NCBI GenBank assembly: GCA_016432525.1 | Contig: CP066693.1 | Location: 547,650-611,649 of the forward strand | DNA length: 64,000 nt | Direction of reading: 5' to 3' | From: Candidatus Woesebacteria bacterium | GTDB taxonomy: Bacteria; Patescibacteriota; Microgenomatia; UBA8517 | Shown: one piece after another, positions 20,737-31,072 of the stretch | Numbering within the stretch: the stretch's first letter is position 1 | How the letters are laid out: each line of letters starts with the position of its first letter | Notes under the pieces: generated by a model | Databases searched by the model: none | Told to the model about the DNA's origin: nothing | The model's input: only the letters and a program-made list of their open reading frames with translations | Position numbers and translations under genes: made by a program

Positions 20737-21572
20737 TTACCGCGCATGTATTAGTAAAAAATGAAGGAAATTTTATTTGGTATTCTGTGATGTCAGTTGC
20801 AAATTTTGTAGACAGATTGATGCTTTGGGATACGGGAAGTACAGATAACACATTAATAATCACAAAAGAAATTAAAAAACAGTCAGTTCTTGGAAAAAAA
20901 ATATTTTTGCATTCTTTAGAATTCAAAAAATACGATGAACAAAAAGCCAGACAAATGATGCTTCAGGAAACTCCTGACGGATGGTTTATTGTTGTAGATG
21001 GTGATGAAATTTGGTGGGACGATTCAATCAAAAAAGTTACAGATGAAATTAGAAACAATGGAAACAATATTGAATCAATCGTAGTTCCAACAATTAATCT
21101 TGTTGGAGATATTTTTCATTATCAAGAAAAAGAAGCAGGAAAATACAATTTACTCGGGCGTAAAGGTCATTATAATTTAAGAGCCGTAAATAAAAAAATC
21201 CCAGGGCTTAAGTCCTTAGGAGAGCATGGGGTTTGGGGCTGGGTAGATGAAGACAACAAAATGATTCAAGAAAGATCTGTAAGTAAAATTAAATTTTTAG
21301 ACGCTCCTTATTTACATGCAACCCATTTAAAAAGAGCAGGAGAATTTCAAAAAGACTCAGAAGTGCTAAAAAGATCATCCAAATTAAAACACGAATTGGG
21401 TATAGAGTTTCCTAAAGATTTTTATTATCCAGAAGTCTTTTTTAAATCTAGGCCTAAAATAGTACCGAATGTTTGGGAAAATATGAATTTTATTTTTAAG
21501 TTAAGAAGTTTTTTTGAAACACCTTTACGAAAAATTAACAGAAGATATATGCCAGAAAAAATTGGTTACTAA
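20733..21572 (+). CDS. GT2-like glycosyltransferase (Glyco_tranf_2_4-like)
   Basis: LVKNEGNFIWYSVMSVANFVDRLMLWDTGSTDNT and DGDEIWWDD motifs. Confidence 0.45.
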   Translation: MITAHVLVKNEGNFIWYSVMSVANFVDRLMLWDTGSTDNTLIITKEIKKQSVLGKKIFLHSLEFKKYDEQKARQMMLQETPDGWFIVVDGDEIWWDDSIKKVTDEIRNNGNNIESIVVPTINLVGDIFHYQEKEAGKYNLLGRKGHYNLRAVNKKIPGLKSLGEHGVWGWVDEDNKMIQERSVSKIKFLDAPYLHATHLKRAGEFQKDSEVLKRSSKLKHELGIEFPKDFYYPEVFFKSRPKIVPNVWENMNFIFKLRSFFETPLRKINRRYMPEKIGY

Positions 21573-22270
21573 TGGATTATAAAAATTATCACAGAGATAA
21601 AACTTACAAAGAAAACGAAAGCCTTTTTAAAAATATTTTTGAAAAAAGAGTAAATTTAGCTAGAAAATTTAAAAAAAAACCAGGTTCCGTTTTAGAAATT
21701 GGCGCTTCAAACGGAGTAATGCTTGATATTTTTAAACAAAATGATTGGGAAACATGGGGAGTGGAGCCTTCAAAGAATGCAAATATAGCGCAAAGAAAAG
21801 GTCATAAAATAATAAATGATTTCTTTGAAAAAGCATCTTTACCTAAAAACTATTTTGATTTGGTTATAGCAAACCATACTCTTGAACACTTAGATAACCC
21901 CCTAAGTATTCTAAAAAAGGTGCATAATATTTTAAAAAAAGATGGACTAGTTTTTATAGATGTTCCAAATGCAGGCGGGATCGGATCAGAGTTTTTGGGA
22001 GATAAATGGCCTTATAAATTACCAAAAGAACATAAACATCAATTTACAAAAAACTCATTACAAAAAATATTTGAAGAAGCAGATTTTAAAGTAATCCATT
22101 TTGAATCTCGATCGGGTATTTTTGAGTTCTCAAATCCAATTTTGGAATTATGGCAGTCATTGATAGGTCTCAAAAAAAGATTTTTTACGAATATAATTTT
22201 ATTTCCATATTCACTAGTAACAACTTTATTAAATAGGGGAGATAGCGTAAGTATGATTGGGAGAAAATAA
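21572..22270 (+). CDS. Class I SAM-dependent methyltransferase
   Basis: Motif I LEIGASNGVMLD; the downstream acidic residue pattern is typical of the Methyltransf_11/23 families. Confidence 0.75.
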   Translation: MDYKNYHRDKTYKENESLFKNIFEKRVNLARKFKKKPGSVLEIGASNGVMLDIFKQNDWETWGVEPSKNANIAQRKGHKIINDFFEKASLPKNYFDLVIANHTLEHLDNPLSILKKVHNILKKDGLVFIDVPNAGGIGSEFLGDKWPYKLPKEHKHQFTKNSLQKIFEEADFKVIHFESRSGIFEFSNPILELWQSLIGLKKRFFTNIILFPYSLVTTLLNRGDSVSMIGRK

Positions 22271-22273
22271 ATA

Positions 22274-23632
22274 GTGCACAGAAAATTTTCATTAATAGCA
22301 ATATTGTTCCTGCATTTGTTTTTTTTGAAATCTCTTCAATTTACAGCCTGGCCCGAAATGACTGCTTTTCCATATCTCTTAAATCATGGATTTGTTACTT
22401 ATCGCGATATGGTTCATGCATATCCACCTCTTTTAATAACAGTTTTATCTTTAATTTATAAATTTCTTAGTTACTCTCAAGATGCAGTAAAAATTTCAGG
22501 CTGGAGTTTTATTCTAATAAGCGACTTTTTAATTTTTTTAATTATCAAAAAAATAACCAATAAATTTCAAATCGGAATCATTTCTCTTCTTGGTTATGTG
22601 TTTCTACAAACATTTTTGGAAGGAAATATGATTTGGCCTGATCTGGCTATCATTCCTTTCATTTTAGCTTCCGTCTATTTAGTTTTAAACAAAAAATATT
22701 TTTTCTCAGGAATATTGATTGGGTTAGCTTTCCTAACAAAACAGACAGGGGCTCTGTTTATAATTCCAATTTTTGCCTTTTTAATTTTAGAGAAAGAAAA
22801 AAATAAAAAAATTGCAAGATATGTAGTTGGAGTTTTTGTTGCCATAATCCCATTTTTATTAATTTTAATTAGACAGAATTCTTTTTTGGATTTCTTAAAT
22901 TGGACAATAATTTACCCTTCCAAATATTGGATCAGATTTCCTGGATATGTACAAACGCAGTTAAATCTAAAACAAATTTTAATAATTGCTTTTATATTCA
23001 TTCCAATTGCGTTTGCAGTTTTCTTACACAATAAAATTCTTAAAGACAAAATTTTTTTATTTCTTTTCTTACTTTTACTCGTAGGAATTATAAGCGTATA
23101 CCCAAGATTTTCTTTTTTCCATTTTCAGTCTGCGATAGCAATCACAATATTAATTTATGGATATTTATTCGCAAAAATAAAAAATATTTCAAAATTTTTA
23201 TTTATTTTTATTATTCCATTTCTACTAGTAATAACTTACTTTGGAATTAAAAAAGATTGGAATAAACAAACCAGATTTTTTGAAAATAATAATATAGTTC
23301 TAGCCAGTATTATTGAAAACAAAACGCAAAAAGACGAAAAAATTTACCTACTCGGATTGCCTGCTAATTTATATGTTCTTTCAAATCGACTACCTCCAAA
23401 ACCTTGGCTAGACAACTTTGGTTGGTATTTTGAAATCCCGCAAATTCAGGAAAATACACTTGAAAGTTGGAAGCATGATCCTCCTGTTGCCATCTTTTGG
23501 CAAAACCCACAAAGTGGGCCATGGTACGAAATTGGAAGCTATCAACCTCAAAAAATTACAAATTGGATAAAGAAAAACTATAATAGGGAAAAGGAAATTC
23601 AAAAAGGAATTTGGATGTGGATCAAAAAATGA
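22274..23632 (+). CDS. Polytopic membrane protein, probable GT-C / DUF2029-like glycosyltransferase
   Basis: 452 aa, highly hydrophobic with at least 10 TM helices, in a glycan locus. Confidence 0.4.
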   Translation: MHRKFSLIAILFLHLFFLKSLQFTAWPEMTAFPYLLNHGFVTYRDMVHAYPPLLITVLSLIYKFLSYSQDAVKISGWSFILISDFLIFLIIKKITNKFQIGIISLLGYVFLQTFLEGNMIWPDLAIIPFILASVYLVLNKKYFFSGILIGLAFLTKQTGALFIIPIFAFLILEKEKNKKIARYVVGVFVAIIPFLLILIRQNSFLDFLNWTIIYPSKYWIRFPGYVQTQLNLKQILIIAFIFIPIAFAVFLHNKILKDKIFLFLFLLLLVGIISVYPRFSFFHFQSAIAITILIYGYLFAKIKNISKFLFIFIIPFLLVITYFGIKKDWNKQTRFFENNNIVLASIIENKTQKDEKIYLLGLPANLYVLSNRLPPKPWLDNFGWYFEIPQIQENTLESWKHDPPVAIFWQNPQSGPWYEIGSYQPQKITNWIKKNYNREKEIQKGIWMWIKK

Positions 23633-24693
23633 AAATAGCATTTGTAAGTTTTTACAATGGAGAAATCTTTAGAGGAGTTGAGACATATGTCCATGAATTA
23701 GCAAATCGATTTGTAGACATGGGGTATGAAGTTGTTGTTTATCAAAATGGTCCTAAAATTCCACTTACTAAATACAAAACCAAAGAAATAAGATTAAAAA
23801 TAGATTGGAATAAACGACCATCTAAATTCTTAAAAGTAATATATTTCGATTATTGGAATCTACTTGTCGGAAAATTCACTTTAAAGTTAGCAATAAGCAT
23901 CTTTAATGAAAAACCAAAAATAATAATAAGCGGGAATGGTGGATGGCAACCAGCAATTTTAAGAATTATTACATGGCTCTATGGTGGAAAATTAATTATA
24001 AGCAGCCAGGCGGGAATTGGTTTCGATGATATAAACAATCTATTTTGTTTTCCTAATGTTTTTGTAGCAATATCAACCTATGCGCAAATGTGGGCTAAAA
24101 AAATTAACCCACTTGTTAGAGTAGAAAAAATTTCAAACGGCGTTGACATGCAAAAATTTCAACCTAAAGGTGAGAAGTTAGACATTAACTTACCCAGCCC
24201 AATAATATTGTCGGTTGGAGCACTTACTCAAATGAAGCGTCATGAATTAAGCATAAAGGCTTTTTTGATGGTAAAAAAAGGATCACTGTTAATTGTCGGA
24301 CAAGGTGAGCTTTATGAGTATTTAACTAAACTAGCAAAACAAATGATTCCTGGTAGATTTAAAATCCTGAATTTGCCATACAAAGAAATAGATAAAGCTT
24401 ACAGATCTGCAGATTTATTTATCTATCCAACTTCTAATTATGAATCTTTTGGAATATCGATGCTCGAAGCAATGGCGTCAGGTTTACCAGTTGTTGCCAA
24501 TGATGACCCAATTAGAAAAGAAATAATCGGTAATGCAGGTTTAGTAGTAAATCCACAAAATTCTGAGTCTTATGCTAAAGCAATAGAAAAAGCACTAGAT
24601 ACTAGTTGGGGAAATAAACCAAGAGAACAAGTAGAAAAATTCGATTGGGATAAAATAGCGCTTGATTACGTTAATCTTTTTAAATCATTATGA
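23611..24693 (+). CDS. GT4 (group 1) glycosyltransferase
   Basis: GT-B architecture with the C-terminal E-x7-E-like region (SMLEAMASGLPVVAND). Confidence 0.75.
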   Translation: MDVDQKMKIAFVSFYNGEIFRGVETYVHELANRFVDMGYEVVVYQNGPKIPLTKYKTKEIRLKIDWNKRPSKFLKVIYFDYWNLLVGKFTLKLAISIFNEKPKIIISGNGGWQPAILRIITWLYGGKLIISSQAGIGFDDINNLFCFPNVFVAISTYAQMWAKKINPLVRVEKISNGVDMQKFQPKGEKLDINLPSPIILSVGALTQMKRHELSIKAFLMVKKGSLLIVGQGELYEYLTKLAKQMIPGRFKILNLPYKEIDKAYRSADLFIYPTSNYESFGISMLEAMASGLPVVANDDPIRKEIIGNAGLVVNPQNSESYAKAIEKALDTSWGNKPREQVEKFDWDKIALDYVNLFKSL

Positions 24694-25514
24694 AAGTTTC
24701 AATAATTATTCCAACTTTTAATGAAGAAAAAACAATAGCTGACTGTCTTTTATCTCTTGCTAAACAAACATACAAAGATTTTGAAATTATTGTTGTTGAT
24801 GATGGCTCAACCGACCAAACCTTACAAAATCTGAAAGATTTTAAAATAAAAACTTTTTCTCAGAATCATAAAGGACCGGCAGTAGCAAGAAATTTGGGCG
24901 CAGAACACTCTAAAGGAAAAATATTAGTTTTTGTCGACGCCGATATGACTTTTGATTTTAATTTTATTAAAAATCTAATAAACCCAATTTTAGAAAAAAA
25001 ATCAAAAGGAACTTTTAGTAGAGACGAGTTTGTAGCAAATTGGGACAACATTTGGGCTAGGTGCTGGAATATAAATAGTAATTTGCCTCCTAAACGAAGG
25101 CTTTCCAAAAACTATCCCGAACACCAAAAAGTTTTTCGTAGTATTCTAAAAAAAGAATTTGATAAAGTAAACGGCTTTTCAAAAGGCGGATATACTGACG
25201 ACTGGACCTTGTCAGAAAAGTTGGGTTACGAAGCAACCGTTTCTGAGAATGCAATTTATTATCACAAAAATCCAGATACTCTCACGGAAATTTTCAAACA
25301 AGCAAAATGGATCGGGAAAAGAGATTACAAGTTTGGGTTGATCGGTGAAATTTACACAGTTTTAAAGTCATTGCTTCCAATATCTTTGCTAATAGGGTTA
25401 GTCAAATCTACTATTAATCTTAATTTTTATTTTTTAATTTTTAAAGTAGTTTATGATTTCGGAATTTTTGTAGGAATTTTAGAGATGATAATAGTTGGTA
25501 AATACTCAAAATGA
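24690..25514 (+). CDS. GT2 polyprenyl-phosphate sugar synthase-like with C-terminal TM helices
   Basis: KVSIIIPTFNEEKTIADCLLSLAKQTYKDFEIIVVDDGSTDQT; hydrophobic C-terminus as in GtrB/ArnC. Immediately upstream of an ArnT/PMT-like GT-C gene. Confidence 0.75.
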   Translation: MKVSIIIPTFNEEKTIADCLLSLAKQTYKDFEIIVVDDGSTDQTLQNLKDFKIKTFSQNHKGPAVARNLGAEHSKGKILVFVDADMTFDFNFIKNLINPILEKKSKGTFSRDEFVANWDNIWARCWNINSNLPPKRRLSKNYPEHQKVFRSILKKEFDKVNGFSKGGYTDDWTLSEKLGYEATVSENAIYYHKNPDTLTEIFKQAKWIGKRDYKFGLIGEIYTVLKSLLPISLLIGLVKSTINLNFYFLIFKVVYDFGIFVGILEMIIVGKYSK

Positions 25515-26845
25515 TTTTTTTAATTTTATTTTTAGGATTAGTAATTAGGCTTATTTCTCTTAACCAATCATTTTGGCTTGACGAAGCAACGAGTATGCTG
25601 TCTACAAAAATGTCCCTTACTCATTTTTTTAGCAATTTTATTGTTGGGGATTTTCATCCTCCTCTCTACTATTTATCTCTTCGTTTCTGGGTGAACCTTT
25701 TAGGTAGCAACGAAATAAGTGCGCGAAGTTTATCAATTATTTTTGCCTTATTAACTATTTATGTAATCTTTTTGATAGGAAAAGCAGTCTTTAACAAAAA
25801 AGCAGGGATGATAGCTGCGTTGCTATTAGCAACATCCCCTCTTCACATTTACTACTCGCAAGAAGCTCGAATGTATACAATGTCAACTTTTCTAGCCTCG
25901 TTATCTGTTTATTTCTTCACTAAAATCGCAAAAGAAAAGGGTAGGGTAGGAGATTTCATATGTTTTTCAATATCAATAGCATTTCTTGGAATAACCGATT
26001 ACTTGCCCCTTTTAATTTTGCCTTTTTTTTGGATATTTGCAATTTTAACTAAACAAAAATATTCCTGGTGGAAAAAATTCATATTTTTCCATTTACCATT
26101 AATATTGATTTGGGCAATCTGGTTCCCCTATTTTTCAAAACAATTAAGTGGGGGACTGAAAGTTGCCTCATCTTCCCCACTTTGGGTATCCATCCTTGGA
26201 GGATTTTCTTTTAAAGAAATTTTATTAATCCCGACTAAATTCATAATTGGAAGAATAAGTAGTATCTACGTTCTTCCAGCACTTCCAATTATTGGGTATT
26301 TATTTTACAAATCAACTAAATCCTTTCAAAAGACAAAACTCTTTTTTCTCTGGCTATTTATTCCATTATTCGTTTCCATTTTGATAAGTATAAAAATTCC
26401 AGTACTAAATTATTTCAGATTTTTATTTATACTCCCTGCTTTTTATCTAATAATCTCATTTGGTCTTATGAATATAGACAAAAAACTACAAAAAAAACTT
26501 TTGATTATAATTATTCTTGTTAACATTGCCGCATCCTTTATTTATTTACGAAATTCCAAGTATCAAAGAGAAGATTGGAAGGATCTATCTACGTTTCTAA
26601 ATAATAGCTCAGTTGTTTTTCCTTCAAAATCTCAACGAGAGGCACTTCTCTACTACAATCCAAATGCCAATATCGTTGAGCCACAAAATTTAAATACAAA
26701 TTACAAAGAATTATATTTAATGCGTTACGTCGTCGACATTACAGATCCCAAAGATCTAGTTCGGGAAAGAATCGAAAATCTGAATTACAAAAAAACTGGT
26801 GAATACGACTTCAACGGTGTTATAGTATGGAAATACCAAAAATGA
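25511..26845 (+). CDS. GT-C glycosyltransferase of the ArnT/PMT (GT39/GT83) family
   Basis: The N-terminal loop (FWLDEATSMLST...GDFHPPLYYLSLRFWV) carries the DE motif and HPPL element characteristic of PMT_2/ArnT proteins; multiple TM helices. Confidence 0.7.
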   Translation: MIFLILFLGLVIRLISLNQSFWLDEATSMLSTKMSLTHFFSNFIVGDFHPPLYYLSLRFWVNLLGSNEISARSLSIIFALLTIYVIFLIGKAVFNKKAGMIAALLLATSPLHIYYSQEARMYTMSTFLASLSVYFFTKIAKEKGRVGDFICFSISIAFLGITDYLPLLILPFFWIFAILTKQKYSWWKKFIFFHLPLILIWAIWFPYFSKQLSGGLKVASSSPLWVSILGGFSFKEILLIPTKFIIGRISSIYVLPALPIIGYLFYKSTKSFQKTKLFFLWLFIPLFVSILISIKIPVLNYFRFLFILPAFYLIISFGLMNIDKKLQKKLLIIIILVNIAASFIYLRNSKYQREDWKDLSTFLNNSSVVFPSKSQREALLYYNPNANIVEPQNLNTNYKELYLMRYVVDITDPKDLVRERIENLNYKKTGEYDFNGVIVWKYQK

Positions 26846-27921
26846 AAATTGCTATAGATATCTCTCAAATTGTCTACGAGACTGGTGTCTCTGTTTATAC
26901 TCAAAATTTAGTCAAAAATTTATTTGCAATAGATACAAAAAATGAATATATTTTGTTTGGTGGATCTTTGAGAAAACTCAAATATTTAAAAAAATTCACA
27001 CAATCTCTAAAAGGCAACTTTAAAGCCAAAATATTTCCAATTCCACCTACGGCAGCAAATTTAATTTTTAATAAACTCCGCTTCCCTACGATTGAATCTT
27101 TTGTTGGAAAAATTGATGTTTTCCACTCATCTGATTGGACTCAACCACAGTCAAAAGCTTTCAAAGTAACAACGATTCACGACCTTGCACCAATTTTATT
27201 TAAAAACGAAACTCATCCAAAAACGATAGATGCTCACACACGTCGCCTTGAATGGGTTAAAAAAGAAGTAGATAGGATCATAGTCCCCAGTAATTCAATT
27301 AATAAAGATTTAATGAAACTAAATGTCGATAAAGATAAAGTAAGAGTTATTCCGGAGGCAGCTGATGAAATATTTAAACCTCAATCTGAGGACAAAATAA
27401 TAAATCTTAGAAATAAATATAATATTAAAAAGGATTACTTACTTTGTATTGGTGTGGGTGGAAGAAAAAATACTCAAAGAGTCATAGAGGCCTTTAATAA
27501 ATGTAATACAAATAATAATCTAGAGATAGTTTTAATAGGCAAAAATCTAGAATTCAAAAATCAAAAAGACACAATTTTTACAGGCCATGTTCCAAAAGCA
27601 GAGTTGCCAATCTTCTACTCAGGCGCACAAGCTTTGCTTTACCCATCTCTTTATGAAGGCTTTGGCTTGCCTATCCTAGAGGCCTTTGTCTGTCACTGCC
27701 CTGTCGTGACCTCAAACTTAGGGAGTATGAAAGAAGTTGCAGGAACTGGAGCAGTTTTGGTAGAACCTAAAAACGTTGATTCAATTACAGATGGAGTCCT
27801 AAAAATTCTTAAAAATAGAAATTCTTATATCTCAAAAGGAGCCAAACAAGCCAAAAACTTTTCTTGGCAAAAAACAGCAGCGCTCACACTTAAAGTCTAT
27901 CAGGAAGGTAAAATAGAATAA
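26827..27921 (+). CDS. GT4 glycosyltransferase
   Basis: GT-B fold; EGFGLPILEAFVCHCPVVTS motif. Confidence 0.8.
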   Translation: MEIPKMKIAIDISQIVYETGVSVYTQNLVKNLFAIDTKNEYILFGGSLRKLKYLKKFTQSLKGNFKAKIFPIPPTAANLIFNKLRFPTIESFVGKIDVFHSSDWTQPQSKAFKVTTIHDLAPILFKNETHPKTIDAHTRRLEWVKKEVDRIIVPSNSINKDLMKLNVDKDKVRVIPEAADEIFKPQSEDKIINLRNKYNIKKDYLLCIGVGGRKNTQRVIEAFNKCNTNNNLEIVLIGKNLEFKNQKDTIFTGHVPKAELPIFYSGAQALLYPSLYEGFGLPILEAFVCHCPVVTSNLGSMKEVAGTGAVLVEPKNVDSITDGVLKILKNRNSYISKGAKQAKNFSWQKTAALTLKVYQEGKIE

Positions 27922-29045
27922 TGATCATAGGTCTTGACGGAAACGAAGCAAATATTGAAAACAGAGTTGGAGTAAATGTATACGCATTCGAGCTCCTCAC
28001 TGCTATCTCCAAACTACAGGAGAATTGGAAAAATAAACATACAATTATAGTTTATCTTAAAAGGAATCCTCTTCCTGACATGCCTAGAGAAACAAAAAAT
28101 TTCAAATACAAAATTTTACCTGGACGAAAAATTTGGATTCTCACTCGTCTTACTCCATATCTATTACCAAATCCTGACAAGTTAGACCTTTTCTTTACTC
28201 CAAGTCATTATTTACCTTTAATTTTAAAAATTCCATCAGTTTGCTCAATCATGGACTTAGGTTACCTCAATTCTTCGGAACAATTTAAAAAATATGACTT
28301 TTGGCAACTCAAATATTGGACTGCCAGCTCCTTACAGAAGGCTAAAAAAATAATAGCCATATCGGAAAGCACTAAAAAAGATATTTTACGACACTATCCA
28401 AACACAGCTAAAAAAATTGAAGTTACTCTTCTTGCTTATGATAAAAATAAATTCAATCAAAAAACTATAAATAAAGATGTGCGACAAGTCAAAAACAAAT
28501 ACCACATTAACAAAAACTATATCCTATTTTTAGGTACTTTAAAACCTAGTAAAAACATCGAAGGTTTACTACTCGCTTTTGCAAAAATAAGTAAAGAATT
28601 CCCTGATATTGAATTAGTTATTTCCGGGAAAAAAGGTTGGCTATTTGAAAGTATCTTCCATAAAGCAAAAGAATTAAATCTAGAAAATAGAGTTATCTTT
28701 ACAGGTTTCGTAGATGAAAAAGATAAGCCTTCCCTTATCGGGTCAGCTAAAATATTCTGCCTTCCTTCGTTCTGGGAAGGTTTTGGCCTTGATGTGTTAA
28801 ATGCCCTCGCATCAGGGGTTCCGTGTATTATATCTGATCGTGGGAGTCTTCCAGAAGTTGGTGGGTTAGTAGCTTTATATGCGGACCCTCAAAATACTGA
28901 TTCAATTGCCTATAATTTGAAAAAAGTTTTATCTATGAAAAAAGTAGAATATAATAAGCTATCCAGAAATTCAGCTAAATGGGCACAAAAATTTGATTGG
29001 GAAAAAACTGCTAATAAAACCTTGAAAATTCTGGAAAGCATTTAA
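27921..29045 (+). CDS. GT4 glycosyltransferase
   Basis: EGFGLDVLNALASGVPCIISDRGSLPEV motif. Confidence 0.8.
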   Translation: MIIGLDGNEANIENRVGVNVYAFELLTAISKLQENWKNKHTIIVYLKRNPLPDMPRETKNFKYKILPGRKIWILTRLTPYLLPNPDKLDLFFTPSHYLPLILKIPSVCSIMDLGYLNSSEQFKKYDFWQLKYWTASSLQKAKKIIAISESTKKDILRHYPNTAKKIEVTLLAYDKNKFNQKTINKDVRQVKNKYHINKNYILFLGTLKPSKNIEGLLLAFAKISKEFPDIELVISGKKGWLFESIFHKAKELNLENRVIFTGFVDEKDKPSLIGSAKIFCLPSFWEGFGLDVLNALASGVPCIISDRGSLPEVGGLVALYADPQNTDSIAYNLKKVLSMKKVEYNKLSRNSAKWAQKFDWEKTANKTLKILESI

Positions 29046-29048
29046 AAC

Positions 29049-29645
29049 ATGTTTAAAGACAAAAACGGGAACAATCTAAGTCTTGGTCAGGCTTTTCCTA
29101 AAATAACTAATCGTATTTTTAATTATTGGCTAGATTTTGAATTAATGCTTTTAAGGTGGGTAGGTCTCGTTCCATCTCATCGTTTCCGTAAATTCTTTTA
29201 CCAACTCGCAGGAATAAAGATAGGTTCAGGATCTGTTATTCATATGTGGGCTAATTTTTTTGATCCAAGAAATATTGAAATTGGTGAAGATTCAATAATT
29301 GGTGACCACATCTTTCTAGATGGTCGCAGCAAACTTACAATTGGCAACCATGTTGATATAGCCTCTCAAGTTTTAATCTATAATTCAGAACATAATCTTG
29401 AAAGTTCTGAATTCAAAGCCAGAAACGAAAAGGTTGAAATTGGAAATTACGTCTTTATCGGTCCAAGGGTCATAATTTTACCTGGTGTTACGATTGGAAA
29501 AGGTGCAGTTGTCGCAGCTGGAGCAGTTGTAACAAAGAGCGTTATGGATTTTGAAATCGTAGGTGGAGTTCCAGCTAAAGCAATAGGTGAGAGAAAAAAT
29601 AAAAAACCAGACTATAAACTCGGTCGAGCTCGCCTTTTCCAATAA
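29049..29645 (+). CDS. Hexapeptide-repeat (left-handed beta-helix) sugar O-/N-acetyltransferase (WcaF/LacA-like)
   Basis: Imperfect hexapeptide repeats (IGEDSIIGDHIFLDG...IGNHVDIASQVLIY...IGNYVFIGPRVIILPGVTIGKGAVVAAGAVV). Confidence 0.75.
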   Translation: MFKDKNGNNLSLGQAFPKITNRIFNYWLDFELMLLRWVGLVPSHRFRKFFYQLAGIKIGSGSVIHMWANFFDPRNIEIGEDSIIGDHIFLDGRSKLTIGNHVDIASQVLIYNSEHNLESSEFKARNEKVEIGNYVFIGPRVIILPGVTIGKGAVVAAGAVVTKSVMDFEIVGGVPAKAIGERKNKKPDYKLGRARLFQ

Positions 29646-29653
29646 GTTTAAAA

Positions 29654-30178
29654 ATGAAAAAAATCATTCCAGGATTATATGTATTAATTTCAATTGCCTT
29701 TTGTATTTATCTTGTTCTTCCCTCAAGAGGCTTCCCTGATCCTTTACCTGGATCAGTCAGATCAGATGAAGAAGGAGATAACGAAACTTCACTTAGGCGT
29801 GCTTATTTCACAAACTTGCAGCGCGAGGAAATAATAAATTATTACAAAAAAGAATTTTGGTATCTTCCTACTCTCAGATTAAATTACCCTCCAGAAGATG
29901 CTCAAACTCTTATCCGAGATCAAACCAGAAGCACTTTTCTAGAAGAACTGGTTCACCCATTTCGCGAATCGTTTTATATAAATGGATTTAAACCAATAAA
30001 AGCAAAAGATGACATTTGGTATAAAGGGGTTCATTATGTTGAAAAAATAACAGTTGTTTATGTACCAAATAGCCCAATAATTAGACTTTTGGTAATTATT
30101 CCCACACAATTTTTTGTCTGGATTGTAATTGCGCAGTTTCTAAAGTCAATTAAAGAATTTAGGTTAAAAAAAATATAG
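29654..30178 (+). CDS. Small membrane protein, unknown function
   Basis: N-terminal and C-terminal hydrophobic helices; 174 aa. Confidence 0.35.
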   Translation: MKKIIPGLYVLISIAFCIYLVLPSRGFPDPLPGSVRSDEEGDNETSLRRAYFTNLQREEIINYYKKEFWYLPTLRLNYPPEDAQTLIRDQTRSTFLEELVHPFRESFYINGFKPIKAKDDIWYKGVHYVEKITVVYVPNSPIIRLLVIIPTQFFVWIVIAQFLKSIKEFRLKKI

Positions 30179-31072
30179 ATGCTTGATCTTTCAATAATCA
30201 TAGTAAGCTTCAATACAGAAAAATTAACTCTGGACTGTATCAAATCAATATTATCTTCAAATCCGAAAATCAAATATGAAATTATCTTAATAGATAACGC
30301 ATCAAATGATTCAACTGTTAAAAAAATTAGCAATCTAAAACCTAAAAATATTAGGATAATTAAAAACTCTGAAAATCTTGGATTTGCCAAAGCCAATAAT
30401 CAGGGAATGAAGATTGCCAAAGGTCGTTATATTCTTCTATTAAATTCAGATACCAAACTTAACGATGACATTTTAACCAACATGACAAATTGGATGGAAG
30501 AAAATAAAAATGTTGGAATAGCAAGCTGTGCTCTAAAAAATAAAGACAACTCTTTTCAGGGAACAGGAGGTTTTTTTCCAAGCCTTCCCAAAATCTTCTC
30601 CTGGATGTTTTTTCTTGAAGATATTCCCTTTCTTGATTCTATAATCAAGCCTTTTCACCCATATCATCCCAATTCACCTTTCTATAAAGGAGAAAATTTT
30701 TACAAAAAAGAGCACGAACAAGATTGGGTTACAGGAGCTTTTTTCTTCGTAAGAAGAAAAGTAATTGATGATATTGGGCTCTTTGATGAAAAATATTTTA
30801 TGTATGTAGAAGAAGTCGACTTTTGCTTGAGAGCTAAAAAAAAGGGCTGGAAAGTATTCTTTACTCCAATTGGAGCGGTTACTCATTACGGGGGTGCAAG
30901 TGGAACTTCCGATTTTTCAATTATTGCCGAATTTAATGGAATTAAATATTTCTTTCAAAAAAATTATCCAAAATGGCAATATCCAATACTTTTGTTAATG
31001 CTAAAATTGGGAAGTCTTATTAGATCTTTTTTCAAAGGAGCAGTTTATGCAAAAACTTTTAAAGAAATTTGA
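30179..31072 (+). CDS. GT2 glycosyltransferase (rhamnosyltransferase-like)
   Basis: LSIIIVSFNTEKLTLDCIKSIL...YEIILIDNASNDSTV; EEVDFCLR motif. Paralog of 1727..2770 and 35011..35916. Confidence 0.8.
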   Translation: MLDLSIIIVSFNTEKLTLDCIKSILSSNPKIKYEIILIDNASNDSTVKKISNLKPKNIRIIKNSENLGFAKANNQGMKIAKGRYILLLNSDTKLNDDILTNMTNWMEENKNVGIASCALKNKDNSFQGTGGFFPSLPKIFSWMFFLEDIPFLDSIIKPFHPYHPNSPFYKGENFYKKEHEQDWVTGAFFFVRRKVIDDIGLFDEKYFMYVEEVDFCLRAKKKGWKVFFTPIGAVTHYGGASGTSDFSIIAEFNGIKYFFQKNYPKWQYPILLLMLKLGSLIRSFFKGAVYAKTFKEI